Of a stretch of DNA of 64,000 nucleotides, positions 1-12,324 are shown one piece after another. The number at the start of each line of letters is the position of its first letter. Positions within the stretch are counted from its first letter, which is position 1. The notes under the pieces are model-generated. The model made no database searches. It was not told where the DNA came from and saw only the letters and a program-made list of their open reading frames with translations. The stretch is from Isurus oxyrinchus (taxonomy: Eukaryota): NCBI GenBank assembly GCA_026770705.1, contig JANJGN010000002.1:42594001-42658000 (forward strand), written 5' to 3'. A program made the translations under genes and the position numbers.

Positions 1-328
1 TCAGCACCTCTGAACAAACTGGAGAATGACTTGGCTGAGAAAACACAATAATGTTCAATTTTCCAGGAGGCAGGAAACAAATACAAAAAGGAGACGGAAG
101 AGCTGAAGAATCAGCTAAATGAAGCCAAAAAAGCTTTGAAAGCAAAAGTCACAGAATTTTCCAAGAAGCACAGATGATGAAATTTTGGGAGACTCAGCCA
201 CTGAGCCCAGACAAGTTGTGCTTGCACCTAAGAGAAGTCTGGCCAATAGTGAAGTCAAAAAGGTCAAGATTAAAGTCTGCACTAGAAAGAAGGCGGCACA
301 TAGAAAAAAAAATACAGAAATACTAAAA

Positions 329-1900
329 GGGCCTTAATTCTGGCAGGCTACAAATACACTTTCGTACATCAGCCTGCTAATTAAATTACAAATGCCAACG
401 CACTTAGTCATTTGCCTTTACAAGAAAATGATGAGCATGTCCCAGTTCCACAGGAACTTGTCTTACTGTTAAATTTCTTAGATTCCTCGCCGGTATGTGC
501 TCGACAGATCAGAGACCGGATAAGCCGGGACCCAGTCCTATCTCAAGTACGAGAGCAAGTGCTCAATGGTTGGTCACTGGGAGCTTGTTATCTAATGAAA
601 TGAAACTGTACTTCAACAAAAGACATGAAATCACCAGTCAGGGTTGCATCTTACTGTGGGGTGCATGAGTGATAGTTCTTCCAAAGGGAAGGGAGCCACT
701 TTTAGTTGAACTACACAGTGCCTATCCAGAAATTTCCTGAATGAAGCCCACAGCATGCAGCTATCTACGATGGCCTGGGATGCATGGCGAAATAGAGAGT
801 ATGGTAAAGTATTGTGGGCAATGTCAGCAAATGCAAAAGTTGCCAGTGACAGCTCCATTACACCCATGGAGTGGCCAGGTAGACCCTGGGTGTGGTTACA
901 CTTTGACTACATTGGACTTTTCCTGGGAACAATGTTTCTGCTCATTGTTGATGCCCATTCAAAATGGTTGGCATATATGAGGTGAAGTCACCAACATCGG
1001 GCGCTACAATTGAGAAACTACATTAGAATTTTGTCATTCATGGACTACCAGAAGTAATCATTTCTGATAATGGCATGGCATTTACGAGTGCTGAGTTTCA
1101 ATGGTTTATCAGCCTCAATGGTATCACTCATGTAAAATGTGCACTGTACCACACTTCCTCAAACAGAATGGCTGAAAGGAAAGTTCAAATGTTCAATACA
1201 GGCATTGAGAAAGCTACTTGTGATTCCTTGGTGACCAAGGTAGCACACTATATTTCTTATTACAGGACTACCCCTCACACAACAACAGGTGTCACAACCT
1301 ATGGAGTTATTGTTGAAATGCTGTCTCAGGATGAGATTGAGCCTAATAATGCTGAATTTAGAGGGGAAGGGGAGACAGGGAAGCCAGAAAACTGAACACG
1401 ACTGGCATAGTTGTGAGAGGAAATTTACTATGGGAGAGCCAGTATACGTAAAAAAACTTCGGGGAAGGACCAAAGGGATAACCGGGTGCAATAAGCATGA
1501 TGACTGGACCTCTGTCTTACCACGTGGAGGGTGGAAGGCCGGATCATCCGCAAACATGTGGATCATTTGAGAAAGAGACAAATCATCAAGATTTGGTTCC
1601 ATCAGTGACCGTGACCAGATTTGCGTTTCCTGTTGACGACACTCAACCCAGGACTGACATGTCTGATATTCCTGTAAGAGTTGAGGATACAGAACTGCAG
1701 GTGCCCATCAAAGCACCTGATGTTCAGGCAACTCCAGAAAAGGAGATTCCTGACAAAGAATCTGAAGTTGTGGAGCTGTGATGTTCCACACATAGTAGGA
1801 AACCACCTGAAAGACTGAACTTATAAATTCCTTACCCAGTGTAAATATTATGTTGTCTTGCAAAATATGTACTTGTTAAATGTAATATTATAGCAGTTAT
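329..1900 (+). mobile_element. Ty3/Gypsy LTR retrotransposon pol remnant (RNase H end, integrase Zn-binding region and core), disrupted
   Basis: Frames give ALILAGYKYTFVHQP, RDPVLSQV, WPGMHGEIESMVKYCGQCQ, WPGRPWVWLHFDYIG, LIVDAHSKW and FTSAEFQ...YRTTPHTTTG, with many stops and frameshifts. Confidence 0.92.
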
Positions 1901-1911
1901 AGGAGGAGGAA

Positions 1912-2165
1912 TGTAGTGATTATTGTGTATTTAGTGTGAAACGTACCTTTAAGAATATTGCTTGTTAGGAAAGATCATATGATCTGTAGTAACCAATAGG
2001 AGAGTAGTGCGGGCTACCTCAGCAGACAGTGGAGAGATAGAGTTGAGTTGAAAGCACACGTGTAATTGCTGCTGAGTATATTGTAAATAAAGTTAATGTT
2101 TCCACCCACGTTTCTATGTTTGCAGTTCAACTCCATTACTAACAGTACAACTCAGCCACCCTACA
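1912..2165 (+). repeat. 3' LTR of the Gypsy element
   Basis: Polypurine tract aggaggagga at 1901-1910, then TGTAG (1912) ... CTACA (2165) terminal inverted repeat; internal AATAAA at 2086-2091. Confidence 0.75.
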
Positions 2166-2329
2166 ACAGAATCGCAATTGGAAGGCAGAATGAGTATAGG
2201 AAGGTCGATTAGTACTGAAGTACTGAAGGCTTGAGGTAAAAAAGTAAAAGTAAAAGCTGAAGTAAAAGGGAGAGAAATAGTTGGAAATGGTTGTGATGAG
2301 CTTGGCTCTGGACTGGCAGTCAAAATGTG

Positions 2330-3290
2330 CATGCAAATGGACCCAGGGAAAATTCAAGTTACACAGGCCTGGTTACATAGCAATTATTAGGATGCATGTG
2401 AAAATTCCTGGTAGTAAATAAGTAGAAGTTCATCACTGCAGTCACCTTCATAGCAACTGGCAATGTGGTCCTAGCTTGCTCTAAGGTTGCCATTGTGGCT
2501 GCAGCAGGCAGCAGATTTCAGTGAGGACGCCCTTACTTAAGTGCAGACATCTGATGCACTCTTCCTCCCTGAAGTCAGGTAAGAGAATTCCTCTCTGAGC
2601 ACCCTTGTGGATATGGCCCCCTGCTGAGAGCCCACCTCGCCCTTCCTCCCCCCTCTTCTAGCAGTTTGCCCTGCTCTGCCTGACTTCTGGTCAACCTCTA
2701 ACTCATGCTATATTTCAAGGAGAATGCCTACCAGTGCACCCATGTCTGAGAGCAACTGGCTTGCGCTAAATCCTTGATTCAACTAAAAAGTCTGTCGGCA
2801 CCCACCATACCACTCCATGTAGACTTTTATAACTTGAAAAACTTTAGAATGTAGAAAACAATTGTAAATTTATAGCAAGTCAGAGTACATGAACCAGCAA
2901 AAAGTTGTAAGTAGTTCATGATCACCGTAAATAGCATGAATCCTGGGGATGAGGTAACACCTTTCTGCTTCTGAACACGCGGTCAGTTGTGCGAGGTTAA
3001 GTAAGTGGCACTGGCTGGAGCATTAAGCTCCAAAATGGCAGCACTAGTGTCAAATTAGCGTTGCACACTGATTAAGGTCATGATCCACCTGCTCTGCATA
3101 ATTCCAATGGATGCCTTTACCAGCATCTCGTCTGGCTTGGTTCATCTCACAAGTGTGCACACACACCATGGACACCATTTTGTAATTCCCAAAGGCACAC
3201 AAAAAAAGATGCCAATTCCTCCCCAGCATCTTTAAAACCATTTATGGAAATCCAGGAAAATTACACAAAGGCCGATTTGCAGTATTGCTT
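2330..3290 (-). mobile_element. PIF/Harbinger transposon remnant, copy 1 (5' part of a HARBI1-like transposase)
   Basis: Aligns by eye with 24700-25560 and 33100-33930; shares the start context cagacATGGGTGCA (ATG 2743). Confidence 0.75.
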
Positions 3291-4189
3291 TCAGACAGAA
3301 ATCTTATGACACCTAGTGGCTTATTGATGGTAATATCATACCTTGACTTTTTCCAAGTTAACAATTAAGCCAGTTTTTTTACTTTTGTTTGGTTTCTTTA
3401 AAATTCTTAAATCAACACCAGGAATGTTGTTCAATTCAGAATACACTAGACAAAAAAATGTTGTATTTTGCAAGGTACATTTTATGATATGCCCTCAAAA
3501 TAACACTGAGGGTCATGGTGTTCACCATTATTTATTTATGGACAAATGGTGCAGCAACTTCAGCTAAAGGGCAGATGCACAATTGAACACAAAAAATCCA
3601 AATGTTGCTGTCTGAGTTGCGCTGCTTCTGCGTCAGTCTCACGTAAATGGCACCTTCTTATCTGCTTCACTGGTCAAATGCGCTGAATGATGTGAAGTTG
3701 CTGTTTTTTAGATACTGTTTTTCAGTGTGATTTTTCCTCTTTATACTTTGGCCAACTCTAATCATCTTATGTAGAAGGATTGCTAGAAAACTTTTCCCAA
3801 AAGAATTTAAATCATTGAAGCATCACAAAACCTTCATGACCTCTACAGGCACAGAGACCAGTCATCAGAATCTATCATTGAAACTGAGCAAGAATACATT
3901 TACTCAGCAAAGGAAACAATTTGCCAAAATTAAACTAAGACCAAAGGCTCCAAAACAAAATTGAAATTAAAAATAAAAAATGTGAGTAATCTCCCAAGTC
4001 ATTTTTATGAACATAAGTACCAGCAGGATCCTCTCCAATAGAAGTTGTTTCTACATGATTATGGAAAACTTCAGCTCTACCCTCTGATCTTTCTCATCTT
4101 CCTCTATGTTGTCCATTGCCATTGCTCCTCCAAACTTTGGATTCATGTTTGCTAACGTAGCAAAAGCATTTTTCAGCCTTGCCCCATGG

Positions 4190-5735
4190 CCCGACATATC
4201 CCACACTCTACCATTACCATCAAGACAGGGGATCAACCCTGGTTCAGTGAAAAGTGTAGAAGATCATGCTAGGAGTATGTACCATGCATGTCTAAAAATG
4301 AGTTGTCAATCTGGTGAAGCTACTGTACAGGACTACTTTCATGCCTAATACAGAAGCGCCATGCAAAAGGGCTAAACAATCCCACAACCAACGGATCAGA
4401 CCAAAGGTTTGCAATCCTGCCACATCCAGAGGTGAATGGTGGTGGACAATGAAACAACTAACCAGAGGAGGACGCCCCACAAATAACCCCATCCTCAATG
4501 ATGGGGGAGCCCACCACATCAGTCCAAAAGACAAGGCTGAAGCATTTGCAACCATCTTCACCCAGAAGTACTGAGTGAATGATCCATCTCAGCCTTCTCT
4601 TGAGGTCTCCAGCATCACAGATGCCAATCTTCATTTGATTCACTGTGCGCGATATCAAGAAATGGCTTAAGGTTCTGGATACTGCAAAGGCTATGGGCCC
4701 TGACAACATTCCGGCAGTTGCACTCAAGGCTTTAACTCCTGAATTAATCGTGCTCCTAGTCAAGCTGTTCCAGTACAGCTACAGCACAGGCATCTACCTG
4801 ACAATCTGGAAAATTGCCCAGGTGAGAGGTGGGACTGTTCGCTGATGATAGAATAGAGTTCAGTCCCATTCTAAGTTCCCAAGATAATGAAGTAATCCAT
4901 GCACACATGCAGCAAGACCCAGACAACATTTAGGCTTGGTCTGATATGTGGCAAGTAACATTCACATCGCACAAATGCCAGGGAATCTCCAACAAGGGAG
5001 AATCTAGCCATATCCCCTTGGCACTCAACTGCATTACCATCACCGATACCCCACTGTTGGCATCCTGGGGGTCACCATTGACTGGAAGCTTAACTGAACC
5101 AGCCACTTAAATACTGTGACTTCAAGACCACGTCAGAGTCTGGGAATTCTGGAGTGAGCATCTCCCCAAAGCCTGTCCACCATCTACAAGGCACAAGTCA
5201 AGAGTGTGATGGAATACCCTCCACTTGCCTGAGTAAATGCAGCTCCAACCACACTCAAGAAGCTCAACACCATCCAAGACAAAGCAGCCTGCTTGATTAA
5301 CTCCCCATTTACCTCACTGGTGTACTGTGGGAGCAGTATATGCCCTCTACAAAATGAACTGCAGCAACTCACCAAGGCTCCTTTGACCCTACCTTCCAAA
5401 CCATCCAACCTCTACCATCTAGAAGGACAAGAACAGCAGGTGCATGGAAACATCCACCGCCTGCAAGTTTTCTTCCAAGTCTCATACCATCCTAACTTGG
5501 AAATATATTGTCATTCCTTCAATGTCACTTCAATGCTTCTTCAATTGACCCTTCATTGGGTCAAAACCCTAGAACTCGGCTGCGCTCCCTAGCAACACTG
5601 TGACTGTACCTGCATAACAAAGACTGCAGTGGTTCAAGAAGGTAGTCCATCACTATCTTCTCATGGGCAGTTAAGGATGGACAATAAATGCTGCTCTTAA
5701 CAGCAATGCTCATATCCCTTGAATGAATAAAAAAA
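4190..5735 (+). mobile_element. CR1/L2-group LINE 'family A', 5'-truncated and internally deleted
   Basis: KAMGPDNIPAVALK RT-proximal motif, then a jump at ~4822 to the FADD region; tail ends gggcagttaaggatggacaataaatgc...gaatgaataaaaaaa. Confidence 0.9.
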
Positions 5736-5809
5736 ACCCTAACAGAAGACAACCATGAAGCTCAATTGGAGAGATTCAGCTTATCCCGTGGGAAATGACA
5801 TATTAGCAG

Positions 5810-6433
5810 TACCAGGTTAGCAACTGAATACTGATGCTATTGCATCCCTGCCAACCACAATAGACACTCAAAACTCCGCCGAAGCAAGTGTGGTTGCAAT
5901 CAATCATTGACTTTCTTCCATCATAAAGATAGAAGTACCCAGGGTAAGTGCAACTCCAACAACACTCATGAAGCTCGACAACATCCAGAACAAAGCAGTT
6001 CACTTGACTAGCACCCCACCCACCACATTGAACCTTTATTCCCTCCACCAGAGGTACACCATGGCTACAGCGTGCATCACCTACAAGATGCACTGCATTA
6101 ACTCAACAAGTCTCCTTTGACAGCACCTTCCAAATCCATGAGCTCTACCATCCCCTAGAAGAACAAGGGCAGAAAATGCATGGCAACACCATCACCTGCA
6201 AGTTCCCCTCCAAGTTACATAATGTCCTGACTTGGAAATATATGGCTGTTCCTTCACTGTCATTAAGTCAAAACCCTGGAACTCCCTCCCTAACAGCACT
6301 ATGGATGTACTCACACGACAAGAACTTCAGTAATTCGAGGCCACTCACCGCCAATTCTGAAGGGCAAATAGAGACGCACAATAAATGCTGGTCTTGCCAG
6401 GGAAGCCCACATTCCAATGATGAATTTAAAAAA
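5810..6433 (+). mobile_element. LINE family A 3' fragment
   Basis: Same 3' region as 5200-5735 (aagctcgacaacatccagaacaaagcag ... aataaatgctggtcttgccag ... gaatttaaaaaa). Confidence 0.85.
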
Positions 6434-6957
6434 TGATGGTATCCTGTCTATCAGCTTCCAAACTGTAGCAGCCACCATGCATGCTACTGTCTTTATGGGC
6501 TTTTAGCATCTGATAGCTGCCAGTAGACCAGCCATCCAGGTGATCAGTGGGAACACAAATCCAGAGCCTATTTCTCAGAACTGCAGCACATGGCAGGCCC
6601 CCGGTATTCTTCCTCAGAGCACTATGCCAGTAAAAGTGTGAGGTGATACCAGTCTGCCAAGAAGCAAGCTCCAGAATTGTACTCAGAAACAGCTCCCTGG
6701 GGCAGGGACATCTCAGTCCTCCATGAGCAGCCAACTACCTCTAACAATCCTGTGCCTGTAGGAGTACTAGAATAGGTGACAGAAACATGTCGCCACACAG
6801 GTGAAGCATAGTGTTAGGAAAGGGTAGGTTCACTTTGTATTGTTATCACAATATAGTCCAATGTTTACTGATGTTGCATTGCTATTCTTAGATGTTAGAG
6901 TCATATAGAAAAGTGTGACTTATTCGCTCAGGTGATAACTTCTGGCACCTTTCTGAG

Positions 6958-8045
6958 GATCATTACCTTGGCGTGGTGGAGAGGCTTGCGTGTCCCAATG
7001 AACCCGAGAATGATGCCATCCGGAGCTCATGCTCCTGGTAGGGTCTCCCATGATGGTAAGTTGGAGGGGGAGGTTCCACACAAAGAATAGTCCAAGAGCA
7101 GACGGAGGAGGGCTGCGGCCCCAACAACTGCGAAGGCAGAATAAAGCTGCAATGGTCCGCTATGCCACTGAATCCAGCCACCAACCAAGACCATGTGGAA
7201 CCTGGCTGCCCACCGGAATCCCCACGCTAAACTACACCACTTGCAGGCCTCAGTCAACTTCCCTTATCTCGGCAGCCACCTCTCCCAAGGGACTACCATC
7301 AGTAAGGTAGTCCAACACCACGTCAACTGTGCCAGCGGTGCCTTCTTCAATCTGCGCCAATGGGTCTTTGATGACAAGGACCTTTGCAAGTCAACAAAGG
7401 TTCTGATTTATAAGGCCATCGTGTTGACCACCCTCTTCTACTGCAGTGAAACATGGACTGTCTACCGCCGCCACATGAAGATCCTTGAGACCTTCCATCA
7501 ACGGTGCTTGCGTTGAGTCCTGGGGATCAATTGTGAGGACACCCAGACTAACACGAGCGTCCTCCATCAAGCTGCGTCTACCAGCATTGCAGCCCTGCTC
7601 CTGTGGAACCAACTCCCATGGACGGGCCTTTGCATCTGGGCACCCAAAAACCGCCTCCCTCGGCAGGTTCTCTTCTCACATCCTCCATTGGCCAACATTC
7701 AAAGGGTGGCCAAAGGAAAAGACATAAGGATACAGTCAAGGTCATGGAGGGATTAACACCACTGACTGGGAGGAGAATGCTGCCAATCGCTCAGCATGAC
7801 ACCACCTTCTCCATCAAAGCACAAGCCACTTCAAGGCTCAGGGACTTGACATCGAGTTGGAATGGCGACAGCAGAGGAAGGAGAAGGAAGCCAACCCGGG
7901 GCTGTCACTTCCGCTCCCCTGCGCATAAACGTGCCCCCACTATGGCATAACATGTGGATCCAGAATTGGGCTTCTCAGTCATTTGAAGTCTTACCAAGCC
8001 TGACTGACGTCATCCTCAATTCCAAGGGGCTGCCACCATCAACCT
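6958..8045 (+). mobile_element. RTE-clade LINE derivative: 5' UTR fused to the ORF C-terminus and 3' end
   Basis: Expander/Rex3-like leader ccttggcgtggtggagaggcttgcgtgtcccaatg; then FPYLGS...TKVLIYKAIVLTTLFYCSETWTVYRRHMKILETFHQRCLR, typical of the RTE C-terminus. Confidence 0.8.
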
Positions 8046-8204
8046 ATTGGCATTATCATGTAGGGAGAAAGGGGGCTGATGCAGGACCATCCAGAACGCT
8101 GGATTGGGGCAATGCAGCTTGCAAGTTTTATGGCGATAAGGCTCGTTTTCTAGCACCCCAACACCTTTAGGCGTGCTTTCGAGGTCAATGTTCATTTTGC
8201 AGCA

Positions 8205-8485
8205 GATTCTGCTGAAGTACAATACTAAGGGAGTGCTGCATTGTTATTTAGATGAGATATTAAATGAAACCTTATTTGTCTGTTCACATGGATGTAAAAT
8301 TTCCTAATGCATTACTCAAAGAACAGGGGACATGTTCTGGCTCACACTTATCACGCAACCCACATCACCAAAACAAATCCATTTGTCATTTATCTCTCTG
8401 TTATTTTGAGACCATCATATTTGCGCTTTGTGATACAAAAATATGCACACAGTACCTCCACAAGTCTGCAGTATTTGAATTGTAT
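8205..8485 (+). mobile_element. DeuSINE (SacSINE1/AmnSINE1-like) fragment
   Basis: ctaagggagtgctgcattgt...gatgagatattaaa...ggatgtaaaa resembles the Deu domain as I recall it. Confidence 0.65.
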
Positions 8486-8730
8486 TGAATATATATATAG
8501 GCCCATATTTCTAGCAAACAGCAGCAAGAGACCATGCACCAAAACCAAGTTTGATATACACGTATCATTAGTAACCTGTACATGAGAATCCTTGCCATCC
8601 AATGTGGTTTTTATAAGATTCAGGAAGAATGGAAAAATGTTGATCCATTTGCCAATGAGAGCCAATTTAATTAAATTTGTTATAATTGTGTATAAGCAGG
8701 TGGCTCTCAAAGCCATAAAAAAGTTTGGTG

Positions 8731-8958
8731 GGCAGAGGATTGACTACATTATAAAAACAGAGGCAGATTACAAATAGTAATAAAAGAACTTTGGAGAAAG
8801 ATTCAAAGTGAGTTGACTGACTAAATAAAAAGAGTTATTACAATCTGGCAGGCAGAGGCTTGACTATATCATGAAAACAGGCAGGTTAGAAATAGTAATA
8901 CAGAATGGAGGAGAAAATTTTAAAGCAAATTGGCTGATTAATAAAAAGGATTATTACA
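8731..8958. repeat. Diverged tandem duplication, unit ~120 bp
   Basis: ggcagagg(a/c)ttgacta...aaaacag...aaatagtaata...aataaaa...ttattaca starts at both 8731 and 8851. Confidence 0.8.
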
Positions 8959-8974
8959 CAAAAATATGGAATTT

Positions 8975-9300
8975 GCAACATAAGAGTAGATCATTCAGTG
9001 CAACAGTTCAATACTGTTTATGCTCCACATGAGCTTCCCCTGACCCTATCACCATATCCTTCTATTCGGTTTTGCCTCATGTACTTACCTAGCTTCCTCT
9101 TATGTGCATCAATGCGACTCACCTTAATTAATCCATATGGGAGCAAGTTCTATATTTTAATCGCCATTAGGGTTAAGATTTTCCTGAATTTCTTATTGGG
9201 TTTATTAGTGACGATCTTGTATTTCTGACACCCATTTTGGACACCCCCACATCTTTTCCACATCTACGCTATCAAACCACTTCATAATTTTAAAGATTTT
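8975..9300 (-). mobile_element. Old CR1 LINE 3' fragment
   Basis: ccatatccttctattc...acttacctagcttcctctta...aaccacttcataattttaaa corresponds to a reverse-complemented CR1 3' end. Confidence 0.6.
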
Positions 9301-10185
9301 CACTAGCATGAAGGTACACATGAGGTCTAAAGTGTGATATGTAAGCACTGCTGGCTTCTAGTTCTGAATCTCCATTGTTAAATAAAAATCTTAACTTGGT
9401 TTACTTCCAAAGAAAATAATCTTCGTTCCCTTGGCCTGTAGCATAGGTCTTGTGGTTCCTCAGTTAAGTACATTACTATACTAAAAGAACTGTAGCAACA
9501 GAGCACTGGAATTAATCAGAGTGATTATATTGTATTTTCGATTGTAAATTGTTGGTTGATATTTGCTTAAGGCTCTTAATGCACACAACTGTAAAACTAA
9601 GCAGGAGTTCAGAGCTCCTGGAGCATTAATCTTGAAATGACCCCCGGGCTGTTAATGCAGGTACGGTATCTTTAAGTGGAATTGGTGCAACTATATAAAT
9701 GCAGTGCTCATTTGCAACACTAATGAACAAGGCTATCAATTTACGTTGTTAAATTTCTCACTTTATTCTAATCTGAGGAAAACATTGTTGTGTTAGCCTT
9801 TTTGCTGACAGCTGGCTATAGAAACATGGGTTTATTATTAGAATATTCTAAGTCACTAAATAATGCTTATTAGTTTTCATATTATGCAGCATAAAATGGA
9901 ATAAAGAACTAAGCTCCTGCCAAAGCCAATTGTGGCATTAAGTTGCTCAAGGGTGAAAGGTACATCTAATCAGATTACTTTCTCTCTGTCCAATAACACT
10001 TTGGGAGATAGTGTAGAGATGCAGCTTTTAAAGGGAAGCCAGCTGTAGTATCCACCAACGGTGAAGCTATCATGAAGTACCTTTAGTGTAGACCTGCATT
10101 TGGGGGAAAATGCTGGGTGTCCAATTCTGATTTAAGCTAATTAAACATGTTCCTTTATGATTGGCATTTACTCAATAAATCTATG

Positions 10186-10338
10186 AGGTAAATCTTAGCT
10201 TTGAGTAAAACAGGTAATGACAAGTTGGCAACCCATTTTGCTTTTTTATTTCAAATTTAAAATCAGGAGGAATATAAAATGGACTGCTGACTTGCTATGT
10301 CCCACTTTATACTATCGCACAAAGTCAAGATCTGTCCC
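10186..10338. mobile_element. Short palindromic MITE (~150 bp)
   Basis: Imperfect TIRs ggtaaatcttagctttg / caaagtcaagatctgtcc; the internal arms are also complementary (ccatttt / aaaatgg). Confidence 0.55.
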
Positions 10339-10529
10339 CCAAGGCTTAGTCAACTGACAATTCCAAATTCAAGATTGATAGCTTTTTGTTTGACAAAGTA
10401 TTAAACCTTAATATTTAAAGGTTACGGAACCAAGGCAGGTCAATGAAATGAAGATACAAAATCAGCCATGATCTAAGTGAATGGTGAAACAGGCTTGGAG
10501 GACTAAATCTTTTTTAACTTATACATAGG

Positions 10530-10940
10530 AACTTGCAATTATATACAGCTTTTCACAGCCTCAGGCTCTAAATACTTTACAATCAACACAGCATTTTTGA
10601 AGTGCAGTCAAAACTGTAATGTAGAAAACAGAGCGACCAATTTGCATGCAGGAAGGTCTCATAAACAGCAGATAATGACCGGATAATAACTATGCTGATT
10701 AAGGGATAAATACTGGCAGAACAACATCCTCACTTCAAATAGTGCCAAAGGGCTTTTTTTTTATATGTCCACCAGAGAAGACTGAATGGTTTCATCTTAT
10801 TCAAAAGACATCACCTACAACAGTGCAACACTCCTTAATTATTGACAGAAATGTCAGCTTGGATTCAAGGTGGAGCGGAACTTGAACTCCTAATCCTTTG
10901 AATCAGTCAAAAATGTCACCACTGAAATGAATCTGACACT
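10530..10940 (-). mobile_element. DeuSINE copy
   Basis: Reverse complement contains ggagtgttgcactgttgtaggtgatgtctttt, ggtggacatata and tatttatccctt (Deu domain), plus a tRNA-like head. Confidence 0.65.
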
Positions 10941-10943
10941 ACA

Positions 10944-11851
10944 GGCCAGATTTTCAAATGCATCTGGGCCGAGATTGGAGGCAGGTAGGCATGCAATTTC
11001 ATGCCACCAGCCTCCGTGCCGGTTCCCCACCACTATCGAACTCCAAGCCATTTTCAATGTGGGCGGCTGTAGGTCAGATTGGCTGCCCAACACTTCCCAG
11101 CAGCACTATTTGAAGTAAAGGTGTTGCCCTGGCCAATATTTATCCCTTAACTAACATTGTTATTATCTGGTCATTGCCTCTGGTGTAAGGTTATGAAACC
11201 TTCCTGTGTGCAAATTGGTTGCTGTGTTGGCTGTGAAATACTTTGACACATCTGAAGCTGTGAAAAGCTGTATGTAAGTGTTCTGTTCAGGCTAATTAAT
11301 GTTAATTACAGGACCTATTAACTGAGATTGAGATTTTTAGTCAGCAATGTAGGCAGCCTATGTTGGGACCACGTCCAGGCCAAGGTGGTGGGCTCAGGGA
11401 GAGAAATAGGAGGGTGGGGGGAAAATGAACTATGCAAAAAACTCCCACCCCAATCCAATAATGGCTGTTGGGCCATAGCTGTGGCTGCTGGCCATCCAGT
11501 GTAGGGGTTGTCCCTCCACAATCATGGATAGGCAGTTGTAGCCATTTTAAATTAAGATAAACCGAACTCTTCAGAGGCTGCCTCCATGTTGAGGCGCCCT
11601 CCCGCTTTCCATAATGAATCTGCACCTCTCACCTCAGCTTGTAGGGCTGCCAATATGTCATTACTGGACGGTCTCCCATTGGCCCTCTAGCATCTGGAAC
11701 CCACCTCCCATCCTTAATTGGACTGTGAGCCATCATAAATTGGTGTGGCCCTTTAAAAATGCTGGTGGGTGTGTCTGGAACACGTCCTGCAGGTTGGGAC
11801 CAAAAACTGAACCAGAGACCAGGTTCCAAAGCAGAATCGAAAATCCTGGCC
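10944..11851. mobile_element. Harbinger-type MITE sequence, with a DeuSINE 3' fragment at ~11100-11280
   Basis: Termini ggccagattttc and gaaaatcctggcc are near-inverted; may be two partial elements rather than one. Confidence 0.5.
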
Positions 11852-12324
11852 CACAACACACTATTCTGTAAGTTAAATGCAACATGATTCCTGCTTCTTT
11901 AAGATGCTGCAAACATTTGAATTCTGCAACAGCACATAATCCGTCCTCCCCCAAAGCTCACCCATATTTTAAATAAATTGTACTCAGCATTGGCACCAAG
12001 GTCAGTTCTCATCTTAATGAGTGGGCAAAAATCACGTACCTTGGCCAATGCCAATTGCAAAATCTAGGCTATGAATTAGAATCAGCAACACTTACTTTCT
12101 ATCCCTTCCCTGTTATCAAGCAGTTATTACTTTCCTGTGCTCGCATTTTTAAAATACTTTTATATAGGATGCACATGGTATGAGAGCATATGCACTTTAA
12201 AGTCTGTCATATCACCTCGAATCAAGGGATCTTAAATGTTTTTCTGAATGTGTATTTTATTTTGTCAGCTGCACTTATTAAAAACATTAGAAATAGTAGA
12301 CACTACCCACCAGCATATATATGT

